A stretch of 64,000 nt of DNA from an uncultured Actinomycetes bacterium (GTDB taxonomy: Bacteria > Actinomycetota > Thermoleophilia > Solirubrobacterales > Solirubrobacteraceae): NCBI GenBank assembly GCA_963730835.1, contig CAVSTE010000005.1:141522-205521 (forward strand), given 5' to 3'. The notes below the pieces were generated by a model that saw nothing but the letters and a program-made list of their open reading frames with translations, had not been told where the DNA came from and made no database searches. A program made the position numbers and the translations under genes. Of the stretch, positions 61,709-64,000 are shown piece after piece (the first letter of the stretch is position 1; every line of letters begins with the position of its first letter).

Positions 61709-62239
61709 ATGACCAAACGGATCGTCACGATCGTGAGCTGCACGGCGCTCGGAGCAGCCTCGCTCGCCGGCTGCGGAGGCTCGACCAAGACGGCCCCCGG
61801 AGTGCAGCTCGCCCCGTCCGGGGGCTTGACGGCCTCCGTCGCCACCACAGCCAAGGTCCCGCCCGCGCTCTCCAAACAGCCCACGGTTACCGCGCCGAAG
61901 GGCCAGCCTCCGTCGCACCTGGTGGTCAAGGACCTGATTCAAGGCACAGGTCAGCACCTCGGTGCCGGCCAGACGGCCACCTTCAACTACGTAGGCGTGC
62001 TCTATAAGACGGGCAAGGTGTTCGACTCCTCCTGGCAGCGCAACCAGCCGTTCACCACGCAGCTGACGCAGGGAACCGTGATCTCGGGCTGGGTGCAGGG
62101 TTTGCCCGGGATGAAGGTGGGAGGGCGCCGCGAGCTGATCGTTCCACCGGTGCTGGCCTACGGCAAGGCGGGCAACCCTCCCTCGGTCCCGCCTAACTCG
62201 ACGCTCATCTTCGTCGTCGACCTCTTGTCTGTTTCCTAG
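61709..62239 (+). CDS. FKBP-type peptidyl-prolyl isomerase lipoprotein
   Basis: Lipobox LAGC; FDSSW, VISGW, GGRRELIVPP.LAYG. Confidence 0.93.
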   Translation: MTKRIVTIVSCTALGAASLAGCGGSTKTAPGVQLAPSGGLTASVATTAKVPPALSKQPTVTAPKGQPPSHLVVKDLIQGTGQHLGAGQTATFNYVGVLYKTGKVFDSSWQRNQPFTTQLTQGTVISGWVQGLPGMKVGGRRELIVPPVLAYGKAGNPPSVPPNSTLIFVVDLLSVS

Positions 62240-63365
62240 CCCCCGACTGCTCGTCGGCGGACGACTGCTGCTCGGCGGGGGACCGGGACCTGGCGCGGTA
62301 AAGGGGTTGGCGATCTTCGACGCCTTTCAGGCGAAACCTACCGGCGGAGGACCATGCGAATTTGTCTTCGGCCGCGTCACGGACCTCCTGGGTGCAGAGC
62401 ACGCTGCCGGGCCGGGCGCTGCCGGTCACGCGACTTGCGATGTTGACCGCGTGTCCGTAGAAATCGCCCGCTCGGTTGAGCACCGGGCCGCTGGCCACGC
62501 CTGCCCTCACCGTGGGGAGCTCGGCGCGCTCGACAGCCTCCACCAGCTCAAGCGCCACGGCCACGAGCGCCGGAGCCTCAGGGCTCACGAACATCGCCGC
62601 GTCTCCGATCGTCTTGATGAGCTGAACGGGGGCAGCCGCCAGATCGCCTGCCAGCTCGGCGAACCGCCGGGCTACGCTGCCCAGCTCTGCAGGCGCGATG
62701 TCTCCCCCCAGGCGCGTGAACCCCACGAGGTCGGCGAAGCAGACGGCCGCCTGGTCCTCCGCCGCCAGCTGTCCGCGCTGAAGCTCGCCGTGGCCGATGA
62801 TCCCGCGCCGCGCGCTCTCGCGGACGTGAGCGCTGAGCGCGGCGTCGAGGACCGGCGAGACCGACGGCAGCAATGCCTGGGCCATCTCCGCGTAGCGCAG
62901 CGCGACGTCGCGCTCGTTGTCGCCGGGCTCGAGGTAGGTGTCGGCGAACGCGCCGGTTATCGTCGGCGCGAGCCGCGCCATGCCCTCCCCCAGCACACGC
63001 GTGATCTCGATCACGGCGTCCTCGGGTATGCCGGCGTCCCGGAAGCGCTTGACCGACTTGGCGGCGGCCACGTCGGCCTCGCTCCAGGCGGGTTCGTCCG
63101 GGTCCGGGGCCGGGAGTCCCAGCGCCCGGCGCGTCCGCAGCAGCGAGTCCAGTGGAAGCTCGGCCCGCCGTGCCACTTCCCGGGCGCTGCAGTTGCCCCC
63201 GAGCGCCCGTTCGACCGGCAGCAGCACGAGCCGGTCCTCCGCAGCGGCGGCCCGCAGCTCATCGAGCCCCACGCCATCGGCGGCAAGACGCTCGAGCAGC
63301 TCCAGACGAGCGGCCCGTTCATCGCCCTCCAGCCCGTCGAGCAGTCCGGCCGCGGCGAAGTCCAC
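62205..63365 (-). CDS. Class III adenylate cyclase with N-terminal regulatory domain (Rv1264-like)
   Basis: FADLVGFT, KTIGDA, GDFYGHAVNIASR, LKG. Confidence 0.9.
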   Translation of the reverse strand: MDFAAAGLLDGLEGDERAARLELLERLAADGVGLDELRAAAAEDRLVLLPVERALGGNCSAREVARRAELPLDSLLRTRRALGLPAPDPDEPAWSEADVAAAKSVKRFRDAGIPEDAVIEITRVLGEGMARLAPTITGAFADTYLEPGDNERDVALRYAEMAQALLPSVSPVLDAALSAHVRESARRGIIGHGELQRGQLAAEDQAAVCFADLVGFTRLGGDIAPAELGSVARRFAELAGDLAAAPVQLIKTIGDAAMFVSPEAPALVAVALELVEAVERAELPTVRAGVASGPVLNRAGDFYGHAVNIASRVTGSARPGSVLCTQEVRDAAEDKFAWSSAGRFRLKGVEDRQPLYRARSRSPAEQQSSADEQSGARKQTRGRRRR

Positions 63366-63406
63366 CCTGTAATCCTGACCGAAAACTTCTACCCTCGCGG
63401 CCCCAG

Positions 63407-64000
63407 ATGTTGTCGATCCTGATGCCCGTCTACAACGAGCAGGAGCGGGTGGCGCAGGCCATCGCCGAGGTGCTGGCCACCGAGCTGCCAACCGCTTTCG
63501 AGCTCATCGTCGTCGATGACGGCTCCACCGACGGCACGCGCGAGATTCTCCAGGGCGGCGACTGGGAGGGTCGGGTGCGCCTTTACGAGCACCCCATCAA
63601 CCAGGGCAAGGGGGCCGCGGTGAAAACGGCTCTCCAGCACGCTAACGGAGACTTGGCTGCGGTGTTTGACGCCGATCTGGAGTACGACCCCGCCGATTTG
63701 GCCCGGCTGATGCCACCGCTCATCGATGGCCGGGCCAACGCATGCTTCGGCGTGAGGGCATTCGACGGCTACACCAGCCACTCGTATCTCTACGTGCTGG
63801 GAAACAAGGCGGTCACGCTGGCGGCGAACGTCCTCTTCAACGTGTACCTGCGGGACATCATGACCTGCCACAAGATGATCCGCACCGATCTGTTCCGCAG
63901 CCTCCATCTGCGCTCAGCGGGGTTTGCGATCGAGCCCGAGATCGCCGCTCGGCTCGTGCAGCGCGGAGAGCGCATCTTCGAGGTCCCGGTCCACTATCGG
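63407..64000 (+). CDS. Glycosyltransferase family 2 (3' truncated by window edge)
   Basis: LSILMPVYNE, VDDGSTDGT, NQGKG, DADLEY. Confidence 0.92.
   Translation, partial: MLSILMPVYNEQERVAQAIAEVLATELPTAFELIVVDDGSTDGTREILQGGDWEGRVRLYEHPINQGKGAAVKTALQHANGDLAAVFDADLEYDPADLARLMPPLIDGRANACFGVRAFDGYTSHSYLYVLGNKAVTLAANVLFNVYLRDIMTCHKMIRTDLFRSLHLRSAGFAIEPEIAARLVQRGERIFEVPVHYR

Noticed and set aside
62205-62239. 35-nt convergent overlap of the FKBP and adenylate cyclase genes
   Set aside because: Short convergent overlaps are common, and one extra base in the C run at 62240-62244 would reduce it to 4 nt; no functional signal.

Overview
Very GC-rich (about 70% by eye) chromosomal segment. Gene content and order point to Actinomycetota, most likely Thermoleophilia/Solirubrobacterales (inference). 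Mostly housekeeping genes: L,D-transpeptidase, xerC, WhiG/FliA sigma factor, EF-G-like GTPase, RNase HI, xseB-ispA-dxs, tlyA-nadK-recN-pyrG, xerD-deoB-mutM, recO-dgt-dnaG, tRNA-Asn, malate synthase, aconitase, pdxST, a split PutA, a phosphomannomutase, a two-component system, yebC, an FKBP, an adenylate cyclase and tRNA-Ile2. No CRISPR array, rRNA, prophage or intact transposase was seen. Most notable signals: (1) three abutting, sequence-distinct, perfect 24-bp palindromes, each centred on CATG (3373-3444); (2) a double-HTH/Zn-ribbon/HNH gene with an upstream LexA-type box, lying between dnaG and tRNA-Asn; (3) a probable minus-strand sRNA with two UUCG hairpins flanking an anti-Shine-Dalgarno tract (12483-12562); (4) a 217-bp MITE with TAA target duplication in the putative xseB -10 element; (5) PutA halves in the same frame separated by one TGA. 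Several single-base frameshifts, mostly at G/C runs, are probably assembly errors. All product calls come from motif recognition by eye; no database searches were run.
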